A DNA stretch of 64,000 nucleotides from Alphaproteobacteria bacterium (lineage in GTDB: Bacteria; Pseudomonadota; Alphaproteobacteria; UBA8366; JADFVY01), in the NCBI GenBank assembly GCA_041584475.1, contig JBFHDX010000004.1:8576-72575 (forward strand), given 5' to 3'. Position 1 is the stretch's first letter. The number at the start of each line of letters is the position of its first letter. A program made the translations under genes and the position numbers. Below are positions 49,655 through 60,583 of this stretch, piece after piece. The notes beneath the pieces were generated by a model. The model was not told the origin of the DNA, searched no databases, and was given only the letters and a program-made list of their open reading frames with translations.

Positions 49655-51210
49655 TGCCTGAAATGCCGGATTCCGGTGAAGACCATGGCGATGCCGGCAT
49701 CGTCGGCCGCCCGGATGACATCGTCGTCGCGGACCGATCCACCGGGCTGGATCGCTGCCGTGGCGCCGGCCTCGATCGCCGCCAGCAGACCGTCGGCAAA
49801 CGGGAAGAAGGCGTCGGACGCGACGACGGAGCCCCGCGTGCCCTCGTGTTCCGCGGCCTTGTGGACGGCGATGCGCACGGAATCGACGCGGCTCATCTGG
49901 CCGGCTCCGATGCCGACCGTGGCCCCGTCGCGGGCGAACACGATCGCGTTCGATTTCACGTGCTTGCAGACCTTCATCGCGAACAGCAGATCGGAGACTT
50001 CCCGCTGCTCGGGACCCCGGTGCGTCACGGTCTTGAGATCGCCGGGTCCGACGCCACCATCGTCCCGCGTCTGAACGAGATAACCTCCGGCCAGCGAGCG
50101 CACCGTCAGCCCGCCTTCGCGCGGATCCGGCATGCCGCCGGTGCGCAAAACGCGCAGCGCCTTCTTCGCCGCCAGGATTTCGCGTGCCTCGTCGGATATG
50201 TCGGGGGCGATTACCACTTCGGCGAACAGGTCCGCGATGAGTTCCGCGGCGGTGCCATCGAGCTTGCGGTTGGCGGCGATGATGCCGCCGAACGCACTGA
50301 CCGGGTCGCAGGCTAGCGCCTTGCGGTATGCGGCCGCCAGCGTATCCGCCTCGGCGACGCCGGCAGGGTTGGCGTGCTTTATGATGGCGATTGCCGGCCG
50401 TTCGAACTCGGCGACCAGCTCGAAGGCGGCGTCCGTGTCGTTGAGGTTGTTGAAGCTGAGCTCCTTGCCCTGCAGCTGCTCCGCGTCGGCGACGCCCGGG
50501 CGGGTTGCGCCGCCGACGTAGAGCGCCGCTTCCTGATGCGGGTTCTCGCCGTAGCGCAAGGTCTGCTTGAGCTTGCCGCCGAGCGCGAGCCGTTGCGGCA
50601 GCCCGCTGCCCAGTTCGGTGCCGAGCCAGCCGGCGATGGCCGCATCGTAGGCACCCGTGTGGGCGTACGCCGTGGCCGCCAGGCGCCGGCGCAGCGCCGC
50701 GCTGGTCGCGCCGTCGTGCGCCTTCATCTCGTCCGTCACCGTGCGGTAGTCCCGCGGATCGGTGACGATGGTGACGAACTCGTGGTTCTTGGCGGCAGCG
50801 CGGATCAGCGCCGGGCCGCCGATGTCGATATTCTCGACGCAGGTGGCGAAGTCGGCCCCGCCCCGCACGGTCGCCTCGAACGGATAGAGGTTGACGACGA
50901 CGAGGTCGATCGGAGCGATGCCGTGCGCGGTTGCGGCCCGCATGTGCTCGGCATCGTCGCGGCGGGCGAGGATGCCGCCATGGATCAGCGGGTGCAGCGT
51001 CTTGACGCGGCCGTCCATGATTTCGGGGAAGCCCGTATGGTCGGAAACCTCGGTCACGGCGATGCCTGCGTCTCTCAGCGCCTTCGCCGATCCGCCCGTC
51101 GACAGGAACTCCACACCGGCCTCGGCGAGCGCCCCCGCGAACTCCGCGAGGCCGGCCTTGTCGGAGACGGAAATAAGGGCGCGCTTGATCGTGTGGCTGG
51201 ACATCGGCAT
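49651..51210 (-). CDS. purH: bifunctional AICAR transformylase / IMP cyclohydrolase
   Basis: 519 aa reading ..[55 protein letters not shown]. Confidence 0.95.
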   Translation of the reverse strand: MPMSSHTIKRALISVSDKAGLAEFAGALAEAGVEFLSTGGSAKALRDAGIAVTEVSDHTGFPEIMDGRVKTLHPLIHGGILARRDDAEHMRAATAHGIAPIDLVVVNLYPFEATVRGGADFATCVENIDIGGPALIRAAAKNHEFVTIVTDPRDYRTVTDEMKAHDGATSAALRRRLAATAYAHTGAYDAAIAGWLGTELGSGLPQRLALGGKLKQTLRYGENPHQEAALYVGGATRPGVADAEQLQGKELSFNNLNDTDAAFELVAEFERPAIAIIKHANPAGVAEADTLAAAYRKALACDPVSAFGGIIAANRKLDGTAAELIADLFAEVVIAPDISDEAREILAAKKALRVLRTGGMPDPREGGLTVRSLAGGYLVQTRDDGGVGPGDLKTVTHRGPEQREVSDLLFAMKVCKHVKSNAIVFARDGATVGIGAGQMSRVDSVRIAVHKAAEHEGTRGSVVASDAFFPFADGLLAAIEAGATAAIQPGGSVRDDDVIRAADDAGIAMVFTGIRHFRH

Positions 51211-51441
51211 CCCCTGTCTTGGTCACTCGCCCGGGCACGTCGGGCATCCTCCGTGCCCCCGCGCCGGAGATCTCGGCGGCGCGCCTCGTTCGGTCGGGTG
51301 CCGTCCGCCGACCGGCGCTCCCCGATATCCGCTGCACCGATCACGACGGGACGGCTGCAGGATATCGCCGCGGTTTCATAGTGCCGGCGCAGAGCGATGG
51401 CAAGGGTCGCGAAAGCGGCCGTTGGTCGCGCCGACGCCGGG

Positions 51442-53076
51442 TCAGCGGCCTGCTCCCTCGCGCTGCAGCGCCCACTTGACGGTCGTTCCATCGTCATCCG
51501 TCACGCCGGGGATGACGATCTGCAGGCTTCGTTTCGGCTCCGGCGAGCCCTCGAAATATACGCTGTCGGTCAACTCGATCGGCGCGCTCGCCCGCAGCCG
51601 CCAGCCGCCGCCCTTGCGTAGTTTCAGCAAGGCCGCGCGGCCGCTCTGCAGCAGCGATGCGTTGACCGCGGGATGAAGATGGAATCGCACGGCGAAGGGC
51701 ACGCCGGCCCGTCCGCTCAGCGAATCCTCGCCGCGAAGGTCCGCGCCGTCGCCGCTGAGATAGAGCCGGCGCTGATGCACGATACCGTCCGACTCGAGAT
51801 AGCCGTTGTGGCTCATCGTCAGCAGCTGCGCGCCGTCGGCGGCGCTTCGCTGCGTCTTGGTAACCGCCCGCCGCGCGCCGAGGCGGCCGTCGGCGAGCAG
51901 CTGGCTCGAATTCCGCTCGTTGACGGTCACCGTCGAATGAGCCGCCGTCGTGCGCTGGGCGTGCAGCCAAGCATCGCCGGCAGTGCGTGCGGCGCCGCAA
52001 TTGACGATGAGCAGGTCGCTGCCGGCGCTGACCTCGAAACTGAGGGTTCCGGCGTGCGCGCCGTCGTCGAAATAGGGTCCGGCCGGTGCGCTGCCGTCGA
52101 CGATCGCCAGCAGATCCCCGGCCGCGAGCCGCTCGAAGCCGGTCGCCGGCGCCCGTGATGCCCGCGCGCGGTCGGGATTGGCCTGATCGACGACCATGTC
52201 GACCAGGCGCGGGTCCTCCGGCCAGGTTCCGTTGAACCGTGCCAGCGTGCCGTCGCCGAGACGCAGGAACTCGATCATCGGCCCGATCCGGTCGATGCCG
52301 CGTTGCAGCGCCGCGGGCACCTCGCGCTTGGCCGCCACCAGCGCCCCGCGCAAATCCAGGAAATCCCGCAGCACCAGCAGGAGCAGCGCGGGGTTCCTCT
52401 GGACATGGCCGCCGTCGGGCAGGATCTGACGGTCGATTTCGTCGAGCAGCCGGCGAATCCCGGTATCGAAGTGCTTCTCCCGGCCCAGACACAGGCCGCC
52501 ATAGATCAGGCCCTTGAGCGCGGCGATGCGCGCCGCGCCGCGCGTTTCCAGTCGCCACGCGCGGTCGAGGTGGCGAAGCTGCCGCACCATCGACTCCGCG
52601 AGCCGTTCGCGAAACCGGTCCTCGCCGCTGGCGAAGAAGGTCTCGTAATGCGTCAGCCAGGCCGCGAGGCGGCGCCCCGTGACGTCGGCCCGCCACGCCG
52701 GCAACGACCAGCGCCGGTGTTGCGCGAGCCAATCCGCCACGATCTCCCGCGCGGCGCGGCGCGCCTCCGCGCCGCCGAGCTCGCGCAGATCGCGAAGCCA
52801 GTCGAAGCCGTGCAGCGCGCACAGCGCCGCATGGGAGAGATCAGCGGAGTTCCACATGCCCCGGGGCGTCTCGCCATCGCCCGCCGATCGGTCCGACCGT
52901 TCGGCGACGAGCGTCGCGCCGCGCGCCGCGTCGCCCGGCCAGGGATCGGCCGGCGTCAGACGCAGCGCCACGGGACGGCGGCCGATCAGGGTCACGCGGT
53001 AGGCCGGCGATGCGAACAGCCATTGCGCGGCGTGCCGGAGGTAGCCGGTCGCGCGGTTCTGCAGGCGCGCCGGCAT
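51442..53076 (-). CDS. heparinase II/III-like family protein
   Basis: Starts at an internal ATG (53076-53074), 13 nt after the rpe stop. Sequence reads MPARLQNRATGYLRHAAQWLFASPAYR..HGFDWLRDLR..HNGYL... Family recalled from the conserved rpe-x-purH neighbourhood. Confidence 0.6.
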   Translation of the reverse strand: MPARLQNRATGYLRHAAQWLFASPAYRVTLIGRRPVALRLTPADPWPGDAARGATLVAERSDRSAGDGETPRGMWNSADLSHAALCALHGFDWLRDLRELGGAEARRAAREIVADWLAQHRRWSLPAWRADVTGRRLAAWLTHYETFFASGEDRFRERLAESMVRQLRHLDRAWRLETRGAARIAALKGLIYGGLCLGREKHFDTGIRRLLDEIDRQILPDGGHVQRNPALLLLVLRDFLDLRGALVAAKREVPAALQRGIDRIGPMIEFLRLGDGTLARFNGTWPEDPRLVDMVVDQANPDRARASRAPATGFERLAAGDLLAIVDGSAPAGPYFDDGAHAGTLSFEVSAGSDLLIVNCGAARTAGDAWLHAQRTTAAHSTVTVNERNSSQLLADGRLGARRAVTKTQRSAADGAQLLTMSHNGYLESDGIVHQRRLYLSGDGADLRGEDSLSGRAGVPFAVRFHLHPAVNASLLQSGRAALLKLRKGGGWRLRASAPIELTDSVYFEGSPEPKRSLQIVIPGVTDDDGTTVKWALQREGAGR

Positions 53077-53089
53077 GCCGGCGAGGGCG

Positions 53090-53755
53090 TTAATCGTCGC
53101 CGCGCAACCGACGGATATTGGCCGCATAGGACGCCGGCCCCCCGGAAAATGTGGCGGTGCCCGCAACCAGCACGTCGGCGCCCGCGCCGACCGCCCGCGT
53201 CGCGGTCTCGAAATTGATGCCGCCGTCGATTTCCAGGTCGACCGGTCGGCCCGTGGCATCGATGCGCTGCCGCAGCGCCTCGACCTTGTCGAGCTGGGAT
53301 TCGATGAAGGCCTGGCCGCCGAACCCGGGATTGACGCTCATCACGAGGACGAGATCGAGATCGTCGAGCAGGTAGTCGACCGCGGCAACCGGCGTCGACG
53401 GGTTCAGCGACAGCCCGGCCTTCTTGCCGAGGCTGCGGATCAGCTGAACGGTCCGGTGCACGTGTGGTGTCGCCTCGGCGTGCACGGTGATGATGTCGGC
53501 GCCGGCGTCGGCGAACGCCTCGATGTAGGGGTCGACCGGGGCGATCATCAGGTGTACGTCGAAGGTCTTCTTGCTGTGCGGACGCAGAGCCCGGACCACG
53601 CTCGGTCCGATCGTGATGTTCGGCACGAAATGCCCGTCCATCACGTCGACATGGATGTAGTCGGCGCCGGCCGAGTCGATGGCGCGGACCTCTTCGCCAA
53701 GCTTCGCGAAATCGGCCGAAAGTATGGACGGAGCAATGCGGGTCGGCTGCTGCAT
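53090..53755 (-). CDS. rpe: ribulose-phosphate 3-epimerase
   Basis: ..[44 protein letters not shown].. Confidence 0.9.
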   Translation of the reverse strand: MQQPTRIAPSILSADFAKLGEEVRAIDSAGADYIHVDVMDGHFVPNITIGPSVVRALRPHSKKTFDVHLMIAPVDPYIEAFADAGADIITVHAEATPHVHRTVQLIRSLGKKAGLSLNPSTPVAAVDYLLDDLDLVLVMSVNPGFGGQAFIESQLDKVEALRQRIDATGRPVDLEIDGGINFETATRAVGAGADVLVAGTATFSGGPASYAANIRRLRGDD

Positions 53756-53814
53756 GGCACCCTCTACCTAGAGGCTTTCCCGGCGGTCTGCAAGCGGCAG
53801 CGGGGACGCCGCGC

Positions 53815-55104
53815 CTATCCTGCCCGGCGCAGTCGCGCCGCATAGAATCCGTCGATGCCGCCGCGCTCGGCCCAGTGGCACGGCAGCGTCCGCAGATCGC
53901 CCGCCGCGCTGATCGCCTGATCGAGCCCGGCGACCTCGCCGGCCTGCAGCGGGGCGCGCGCCAGCGCCGGATTGCGCTCCAGCAGGCGCGCGATGCGGCG
54001 CTCGCCCTCCTCGGGCTGCAGCGAGCATGTGGCGTAGACGATGGTGCCGCCGCGGCGGGCGAGCCGCGCAGCCGCGTCGAGCAGGCGATCCTGCAGCGCC
54101 GCCAGCCGGGCAACATCCTCCGGCCCCTTTGTCCAGGCGATGTCCGGGTGCCGCCGCATCGTGCCCGTCGCCGAGCACGGGGCGTCGAGGAGCACGGCGT
54201 CGAAGCGCTCCGACGGCGCCCAGTCCGCGGCGTCGATAGCGACCGTCTCGGCGGCGAGCTTCAGCCGGGCGAGGTTTTGCGCGAGCCGCCGGAGCCGCCG
54301 CGCCGAGGCGTCGACCGCCGTGACGCGGGCCCCGGCGGCGGCAAGCTGCGCCGTCTTACCACCCGGCGCCGCGCACAGGTCGGCGACGCGCAACCCGGCG
54401 ACGTCGCCCAGCAGGCGCACCGGCAGGGCGGCCGCCGCATCCTGCACCCACCATGCGCCCTGCTCGTAGCCGGGCAGGGTGGATACCTCGCCGCCGCTGG
54501 TCCGCCGCAGGCTTCCGGTCGGCAGGATCTCGGCAGCGAGCGCCGCCGCCCAGCGCGCGGCCCCGGCGGCGTCCTTCAGCGTCAGGTCGAGCGGCGCCTC
54601 GGCGAGGTTGGCGCGGGCGATGGCGGCCGCGGTTTCCGCGCCATATGCCGCGGTCCAGCTCCGCCACAGCCAGTCGGGCGTGTTCAGGTGCCCGGGGTCG
54701 TCGCGCGGCAGCGGCCCGGCCTCCGCGACGCGCCGCAGCACCGCATTCACCAGCCCCTTCAGGCCCGCGTGGCCGCGCTCCGCGGCAAGTTGCACCGCGG
54801 TGTCGACGGCGGCGTGCGGCTTCAGGCCGAGGATCGCCAGCTGCGCCACGCCGAGGCGCAGGATATCGTGCACCACCGCGGCCTTGGCCGGCAGCGGGCG
54901 CTCGAGCCGCGCGCCGATCGCCGCATCGATCTGGCCGCGGCGGCGCAGCACGGTGGCGACCAGCAGCCGCACGAAGGCGCGGTCGCGCGCCGCGAGCCGG
55001 GGCAGGAAGCGGTGCGTCGCCAGCGCCTCGTCGAGCGGGCGGCGGCGGCGCAGGACGGCCTGCACGAGATCGAGCGCGACGGCGCGCGACTCGCTCAGCG
55101 CCAC
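53815..55104 (-). CDS. rsmB: 16S rRNA (cytosine-C5) methyltransferase, RsmB/Sun family
   Basis: NusB-like N-terminal domain, ..[14 protein letters not shown].. and ..[16 protein letters not shown]... No ATG is available after htpX. I chose the GTG at 55104, which overlaps the htpX stop region by 10 nt. The start is uncertain. Confidence 0.75.
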   Translation of the reverse strand: MALSESRAVALDLVQAVLRRRRPLDEALATHRFLPRLAARDRAFVRLLVATVLRRRGQIDAAIGARLERPLPAKAAVVHDILRLGVAQLAILGLKPHAAVDTAVQLAAERGHAGLKGLVNAVLRRVAEAGPLPRDDPGHLNTPDWLWRSWTAAYGAETAAAIARANLAEAPLDLTLKDAAGAARWAAALAAEILPTGSLRRTSGGEVSTLPGYEQGAWWVQDAAAALPVRLLGDVAGLRVADLCAAPGGKTAQLAAAGARVTAVDASARRLRRLAQNLARLKLAAETVAIDAADWAPSERFDAVLLDAPCSATGTMRRHPDIAWTKGPEDVARLAALQDRLLDAAARLARRGGTIVYATCSLQPEEGERRIARLLERNPALARAPLQAGEVAGLDQAISAAGDLRTLPCHWAERGGIDGFYAARLRRAG

Positions 55105-55958
55105 GGCCCGCGCGCCGCGCCCGAGGAGTCCTCGCCGGCCATCGCGCGCAGCCGGTGGATGCGCTCGCGCATCGGCGGATGCGTCGAGAACAGCCCGTCG
55201 ATCGCGTGCGCGTGCAGCGGATTGACGATGAAAAGGTGCGCCGTCGCCGGGTTTTCCTCGGCCTGCGGATTGTCGATGGCGGCCGCCCCGCGCTCGAGCT
55301 TCTCGAGCGCGCTGGCCAGCCACAGCGGATGGCCGGAGATCTCGGCGCCGCCGCGATCGGCCTCGTATTCGCGCGTGCGGCTGATCGCCATCTGCACGAG
55401 CGCCGCGCCGAGCGGCGCCAGGATCATCACCAGCAGCACGCCGACGATGCCGAGCGGATTGTCGCGGTTGCCGCGCAGGAAGAAGGCGAAGTTCGCCAGC
55501 ATCGAGATGGCGCCGGCGATCGTCGCCGTGATCGTCATGATCAGCGTGTCCCGGTTGCGCACGTGCGCCAGTTCGTGCGCCATCACGCCGGCGACCTCGA
55601 CGGCGCTGAGATTGCGTAACAGGCCCGTCGTCGCCGCCACCGACGCGTTCTGCGGGTTGCGCCCGGTGGCGAACGCGTTCGGCTGGTCGTTGTCGATGAT
55701 ATAGACTTTCGGCATGGGCAGGCCGGCGTTGCGCGCCAGCTGTTCGACCATGCCGTAGAGCGAATGACCGGGCTCGACGGGCCGCGCCCGGTACATGCGC
55801 AGGATCATCTTGTCCGCGTTCCAGAAGGCGAAGGCGTTCATGGCGAACGCGAGCACGAGGGCGATCACCATGCCGCCCTCGCCGCCGAGCAGCCAGCCGA
55901 CGGCCATGAACAGCGCCGTCAGCGCCGCGAGCAACAGACCTGTCCTGAACAGATTCAC
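55095..55958 (-). CDS. htpX: zinc metalloprotease HtpX
   Basis: GTG start at 55958 gives (M)[25 protein letters not shown].., then ..NAFATGRNP.. and the HEXXH motif VMAHELAHV. 287 aa. Confidence 0.85.
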   Translation of the reverse strand: MNLFRTGLLLAALTALFMAVGWLLGGEGGMVIALVLAFAMNAFAFWNADKMILRMYRARPVEPGHSLYGMVEQLARNAGLPMPKVYIIDNDQPNAFATGRNPQNASVAATTGLLRNLSAVEVAGVMAHELAHVRNRDTLIMTITATIAGAISMLANFAFFLRGNRDNPLGIVGVLLVMILAPLGAALVQMAISRTREYEADRGGAEISGHPLWLASALEKLERGAAAIDNPQAEENPATAHLFIVNPLHAHAIDGLFSTHPPMRERIHRLRAMAGEDSSGAARGPWR

Positions 55959-56046
55959 CGCGTCGATCCTCCGCGAGCGATAGATAGGCGCTGCCCCGGC
56001 CGCTTCAAGGCTTGGCAAGACGCGCCGGAGACGGCATATCTTCGGC

Positions 56047-56292
56047 ATGAGCGACGACGAGAAGAGCGCGGCCGCGACCGTGGACGACGCCCACGGCGCC
56101 ACCTTCGATCCCGCGGTGCGCGGCGTCGACGCCAGGCGCCGCGCCGACCGGGTCGCCGAGGAGGCGGGCAAACGGGCCCGCGCCGCGGCCAGGGCGCGCG
56201 GGGAGACGATAGCGGAAACCGGCGGCCCGGAAGGGCTCGAGCCGACCCGCTACGGCGACTGGGAAAAGGCCGGCCGCTGCATCGATTTCTAG
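56047..56292 (+). CDS. DUF1674 (SDHAF4-like) protein
   Basis: 81 aa ending ..[22 protein letters not shown], the family-typical C-terminus. Confidence 0.75.
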   Translation: MSDDEKSAAATVDDAHGATFDPAVRGVDARRRADRVAEEAGKRARAAARARGETIAETGGPEGLEPTRYGDWEKAGRCIDF

Positions 56293-56338
56293 TACATCAT
56301 CCGCTTACGTGGAGCGAACGAACCGGATAATGCTCTAT
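56289..56338. repeat. short interspersed repeat, short (50-bp) copy
   Basis: CTAGTACATCATCCGCTTACGTGGAGCGAACGAACCGGATAATGCTCTAT. Its two ends include the TAG stops of the convergent DUF1674 gene and the TfoX-C-like reading frame. Confidence 0.6.
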
Positions 56339-56618
56339 GGGCTCCCGGCGTCCGCGGTCCCGCCTGCGTCCGTGGCTTCGCGGCGCAACGCCTGCTTTAC
56401 CTCCGGCGGCAGCTCGTTCCAGTGCACGTCGACCAGCGCGCCGTAGAGCGCGTAGAGCCCGACCAGCGAGGTTTCACGCGGGGCCGCTTCAGCCGCCGCC
56501 ACGCCTCGACCGGACCGAGGCGGCGCAGCGCCGCGCTGTCCTCGACCCCAACCGCGGCCAGTGCCCGCGCCGTCTTTGGGCCAATATTCTTCAGATATTT
56601 CAGTGAGTCGGAGCCTAT
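56335..56618 (-). pseudogene. TfoX/Sxy C-terminal-domain gene, apparently frameshifted and lacking a canonical start
   Basis: One frame reads ..SLKYLKNIGPKTARALAAVGVEDSAALRRLGPVEAWRRLK (helix-hairpin-helix half). The frame one nt offset reads APRETSLVGLYALYGALVDVHWNELPPEVKQALRRE..GSP* (second half). The junction lies near the G4/C4 run at 56480-56483. ATA sits where an ATG would be expected (56616-56618). Confidence 0.4.
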
Positions 56619-56686
56619 ATACGAGAAATCACTTGAAGTAGGGCCGGACGCCTCGCCGCTGCATTCGCCGATCGATCGGGCGTCCG

Positions 56687-57688
56687 TCAGTCGCCCGGCA
56701 GCTCGGCGCGGAACGGCCGCGACAGCACCTCGGCGATCGCCGCATCGATGTCGGCGCTGCGGTTGACGATGCGGTCGACGGCGCGGGCGATCGGCATGTC
56801 GACGCCTTTGCGGTCCGCCAGTTCGACCACCGATGACGCCGTTGCCACGCCCTCGGTCACGCTGCGCCGTTCGGCCAGGATTTCCGTCAGCGGCCGCCCC
56901 TCGCCGAGGCCGACGCCGAGCGTCAGGTTGCGCGACAACATGCCGTTGCAGGTCAGCGACAGGTCGCCAATGCCCGACAGGCCCATCAACGTCTCGCCGC
57001 GCGCGCCCATCGCCCGGCCGAGGCGGACGATTTCGGCGAGGCCGCGGGTCATCGTCGCCGCCCGCGCGTTGTCCCCCATGCCGCGGCCGATCATGATGCC
57101 GCAGGCGATGGCGATCACGTTCTTCACCGCGCCGCCGATCTCGGCGCCGACGGGATCGTCGCTGTAATACGGCCGAAAGGCGGTCGAGCCGATCATCCGC
57201 ACGAGCCGCTCGCCGACCGCCCTTTCCGCAGCGGCCAGCGTGATCGCGGTCGGCAGTCCCTGGGCGACCTCGCGCGCGAAGGTCGGGCCCGAGAGCACGG
57301 CCAGCGGCGCCTGCGGCAGCGTCTCGCCGACGACGTCGGTCATCAGCGCGCAACTGCCTTGCTCGATCCCCTTGGCGCAGATCACCGCAGGGACACCCGT
57401 CGCCAGATCGGTGCGCAGCTTGCCGGCGATTTCGCGCAGGAACTGCGCCGGCACCGCGAGCAGCAGCGCCGTGGCGCCATCGAGTGCTGCGCCCATGTCG
57501 GTGGTCGCGGTGATGCCGTCGGAGAGTTTGATATCGGGCAGATAGGCGGGGTTGCCGGCGCCGGCGTTGATCGAGTCCGCGATCGCCGCATCGCGCGCCC
57601 AAATCGTGGCCTCCGAGCCGGCGCGCCGGGCGGCGCACGCCAGCGCCGTCCCGAAGGCGCCGGCGCCGACGATGGCGATGCGGGTCAC
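56687..57688 (-). CDS. gpsA: NAD(P)H-dependent glycerol-3-phosphate dehydrogenase
   Basis: The GTG start is in GTGA overlap with the tsaD stop. Sequence reads (M)[37 protein letters not shown]... 333 aa. Confidence 0.9.
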   Translation of the reverse strand: MTRIAIVGAGAFGTALACAARRAGSEATIWARDAAIADSINAGAGNPAYLPDIKLSDGITATTDMGAALDGATALLLAVPAQFLREIAGKLRTDLATGVPAVICAKGIEQGSCALMTDVVGETLPQAPLAVLSGPTFAREVAQGLPTAITLAAAERAVGERLVRMIGSTAFRPYYSDDPVGAEIGGAVKNVIAIACGIMIGRGMGDNARAATMTRGLAEIVRLGRAMGARGETLMGLSGIGDLSLTCNGMLSRNLTLGVGLGEGRPLTEILAERRSVTEGVATASSVVELADRKGVDMPIARAVDRIVNRSADIDAAIAEVLSRPFRAELPGD

Positions 57689-58749
57689 CGGCCGGCCTCC
57701 GCGGCGGACGATGTCGCTTCGCCGTGCTGCTCGTCGAGCGGCCAGCGCGGCCGGGCCGCGAAATCGAGCCCGTCGACGCGGCCGAGACGCAACCGCTCGA
57801 TCCCGGCCCAGGCGATCATCGCCGCGTTGTCGGTGCACAGGCGTGGCGGCGGCGCGACGAAGGTCAGGTCATGGGCCTTCGCCGTCGCCGCGATGGCGTC
57901 GCGGACGCGACGGTTGGCGGCAACGCCGCCGGCGACGACGAGATGGCGGGCCCCGGGGTGCTCGCGCCGGAATCGTTCGATCGCGTTGCCGGTGCGGTCG
58001 GCCAGCACGGCGGCCACGGCCTCCTGGAAGGCGGCCGCCAGATCGGCGGCGTCGTGCGCCGTCGGCGTGCCGCCGGGCAGCGCCGCGACGGCATGGCGGA
58101 CCGCGGTCTTCAGCCCGGAAAACGACATGTCGCATCCGGCCCGGCCGGCCATCGGCCGCGGCAGGTCGAAGCGGCCGGGATCACCCTTGCGCGCCGCCCG
58201 TTCCAGCGCCGGGCCCCCGGGATAGCCCAGGCGCAGCAGCGCCGCCGTCTTGTCGAAGGCCTCGCCCGCCGCGTCGTCGACGGTGCCGCCGTAGCGCACG
58301 TAGCGGCCGACGCCCTCGACCGCGAGCAGCTGGCAGTGGCCGCCCGAGACGAGGAGCAGCAGGTACGGGAAGTCAATGCCGTCGGAGAGGCGGGCGGTCA
58401 GCGCGTGACCCTCCAGATGGTTGACGGCGACCAGCGGCAGCCCGTGCACGAGGGCGATGGCCTTCGCCGTCGTGAGCCCGACGAGCACGCCGCCGATCAG
58501 GCCCGGGCCCGCCGTCGCGGCGACGCCGTCGACCTCGCCCCAGTCGACGCCCGCCTCGTCGAGCGCGCGGGCCACGAGCCGGTCGAGATGATCGAGATGG
58601 CTGCGCGCCGCGATCTCCGGCACGACGCCCTCGAACGGCCGATGCTCGTCGATCTGCGAGAGCACGATATCGGCGAGAATCCGGCGTTCGCCGGTCACGA
58701 TCGCAACCGCCGTCTCGTCGCACGACGTCTCGATTCCCAGAACTCTCAT
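57685..58749 (-). CDS. tsaD: tRNA N6-adenosine threonylcarbamoyltransferase
   Basis: Starts at an internal ATG (58749-58747). Sequence reads [50 protein letters not shown]... Confidence 0.9.
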   Translation of the reverse strand: MRVLGIETSCDETAVAIVTGERRILADIVLSQIDEHRPFEGVVPEIAARSHLDHLDRLVARALDEAGVDWGEVDGVAATAGPGLIGGVLVGLTTAKAIALVHGLPLVAVNHLEGHALTARLSDGIDFPYLLLLVSGGHCQLLAVEGVGRYVRYGGTVDDAAGEAFDKTAALLRLGYPGGPALERAARKGDPGRFDLPRPMAGRAGCDMSFSGLKTAVRHAVAALPGGTPTAHDAADLAAAFQEAVAAVLADRTGNAIERFRREHPGARHLVVAGGVAANRRVRDAIAATAKAHDLTFVAPPPRLCTDNAAMIAWAGIERLRLGRVDGLDFAARPRWPLDEQHGEATSSAAEAGR

Positions 58750-58839
58750 GACAAGGATGTAGCGGCTGCGTCGCACGACTGCAACGCGGGTCGCAAAATC
58801 CCTTCCGCTGCTGCAGCCAAGGCGGTACACAGTGCAGCC

Positions 58840-59769
58840 ATGACGACCTCGGTTTCCCGGCCGGACCTCAGGATCGGCACGCGCGGCTCGCCGCTGGCGC
58901 TGGTGCAGGCGCACGAGGTGCGCGATCGGCTCGTCCGGCTGCATGACGGGCTCGCGGTCGAGATCGTGGTGATTTCGACGACCGGCGACAAGGTCCAGGA
59001 CCGCCGGCTGTCCGAGGTCGGCGGCAAGGGCCTGTTCACCAAGGAGATCCAGGAGGCCCTGCTCGACAGCCGCATCGACCTCGCCGTCCATTCGATGAAG
59101 GACGTCGAGACGTGGCTGCCCGATGGCACCGCCATCGCCGCCCTGCTAGAGCGCGAGGATCCGCGCGACGCGCTCATTTGCGACAGCGCGACGTCGCTGG
59201 ACGCGCTGCCGTCCGGCGCCGTCGTCGGGACCTCGTCGCTGCGGCGCCAGGCGCAGATCCTCAATCGCCGGCCCGACCTCAAGGTCGAAACGCTGCGCGG
59301 CAACGTGCAGACACGGTTGCGCAAGCTCGGCGAGGGGCGCTTCGCGGCGACGCTGCTGGCGCTCGCCGGACTGAAGCGGCTCGGCGACGCGCAGGTCGCG
59401 GCGGCGGTGATCGAGCCGGACGTGATCCTGCCGGCCGTCGCGCAGGGCGCGATCGGCATTGAGATCCGCCGCGACGACGACCGGGTGCGCGGACTGGTCG
59501 CGCCGCTCGATCATGCGCCGACGGCGCTGCGGGTCGGGGCGGAACGCGCGATGCTGGCGGCGCTCGACGGCTCCTGCCGCACGCCGATCGCCGGACTTGC
59601 CGTGCTGCAGGACGAGTCGCGGCTGAGCCTGACCGGGCTCGTCGCCATGCCGGACGGCAGCCGGCTCTGCCGCGAAGTGCGCAGCGGGCCGGCAACCGAT
59701 TCGGCGTCGATCGGTGCCGACCTCGGGCGCGAGTTGCGCAGCCGCATGCCGGCCGACTTCTTCGCCTGA
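58840..59769 (+). CDS. hemC: hydroxymethylbilane synthase
   Basis: [67 protein letters not shown]... Confidence 0.9.
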   Translation: MTTSVSRPDLRIGTRGSPLALVQAHEVRDRLVRLHDGLAVEIVVISTTGDKVQDRRLSEVGGKGLFTKEIQEALLDSRIDLAVHSMKDVETWLPDGTAIAALLEREDPRDALICDSATSLDALPSGAVVGTSSLRRQAQILNRRPDLKVETLRGNVQTRLRKLGEGRFAATLLALAGLKRLGDAQVAAAVIEPDVILPAVAQGAIGIEIRRDDDRVRGLVAPLDHAPTALRVGAERAMLAALDGSCRTPIAGLAVLQDESRLSLTGLVAMPDGSRLCREVRSGPATDSASIGADLGRELRSRMPADFFA

Positions 59770-59849
59770 CCGGGCGGCACCTGGACTGACCGAGTGCCGT
59801 CACCGGGCGAGGCAGCCGGCCGCGTGCGGAACTGTATGGGGGAACGCAG

Positions 59850-60578
59850 GTGCGGGCGCTGATCACCAGACCGAAGGAGGACGCCGCCGGGCTCGAACTG
59901 GAATTGCGGCGCCGCGGCTATCGCGCCTTCGTCGAGCCGATGCTGGCCATCGAGCGCCTGCCGGAGTCCGCCCTCGACCTGGCGGACGTTCAGGCGCTGC
60001 TGTTCACGTCGAGCAACGGCGTGAGGGCCTTCGCGGCGCTCTCCGAACGGCGCGATATCTCCGTCTTCGCGGTCGGCGACGCGACGGCGCGGACCTGTCT
60101 CGAGCGCGGCTTCGTCGACGTTCGCAGCGCGGGCGGCAACGTCGACGACCTGGCGAACCTCGTCATTGCCGAATGCCGCCCGCGCGATGGCGGGCTGCTG
60201 CACATCGCCGGCAGCGTGACCGCGGGCGACCTAGCCGGCGCCCTCGAGGCCGCCGGCTTCCACGTCGCCCGCGTGCCGCTCTACGTCGCGCGCGCCGCCG
60301 AAGCGCTCAGCGGAGAGCTGCAGACGCTGCTGAAGCGCGGCCGCCTCGATCTGGCGCTGTTTTTCTCTCCCCGGACGGCGGCCACCTTTGTTAGTCTTGT
60401 GCGCACGGCCGGTCTTGAGGATGCCTGTCATCGCGTCGACGCGCTATGCCTCAGCCCGGCCGTCGCCAGACGAGCCGGCGATCTCTCCTGGCGCCGCTTG
60501 ACCATCGCCGCCGAGCCGACCCAGGCCGCCCTGCTTGCGGCCCTCGATTCGCAGATTTCCCGGGAAAGACCGACCTGA
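59850..60578 (+). CDS. hemD: uroporphyrinogen-III synthase
   Basis: GTG start with GGGGGA upstream. Sequence reads (M)RALITRPKEDAAGL..ALLFTSSNGVRAF..FFSPRTAATF... Positioned after hemC. Confidence 0.75.
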   Translation: MRALITRPKEDAAGLELELRRRGYRAFVEPMLAIERLPESALDLADVQALLFTSSNGVRAFAALSERRDISVFAVGDATARTCLERGFVDVRSAGGNVDDLANLVIAECRPRDGGLLHIAGSVTAGDLAGALEAAGFHVARVPLYVARAAEALSGELQTLLKRGRLDLALFFSPRTAATFVSLVRTAGLEDACHRVDALCLSPAVARRAGDLSWRRLTIAAEPTQAALLAALDSQISRERPT

Positions 60579-60583
60579 CCGAC

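Noticed and set aside
53768-53818. Possible third, degenerate copy of the CTAG-bounded repeat between rpe and rsmB
   Set aside because: It is bounded by CTAG and CTAT and is of similar length (51 bp). However, only ~11/16 matches occur at one end (TAGAG..TT..CCGG) and nothing convincing beyond, so it is within chance for such short strings.
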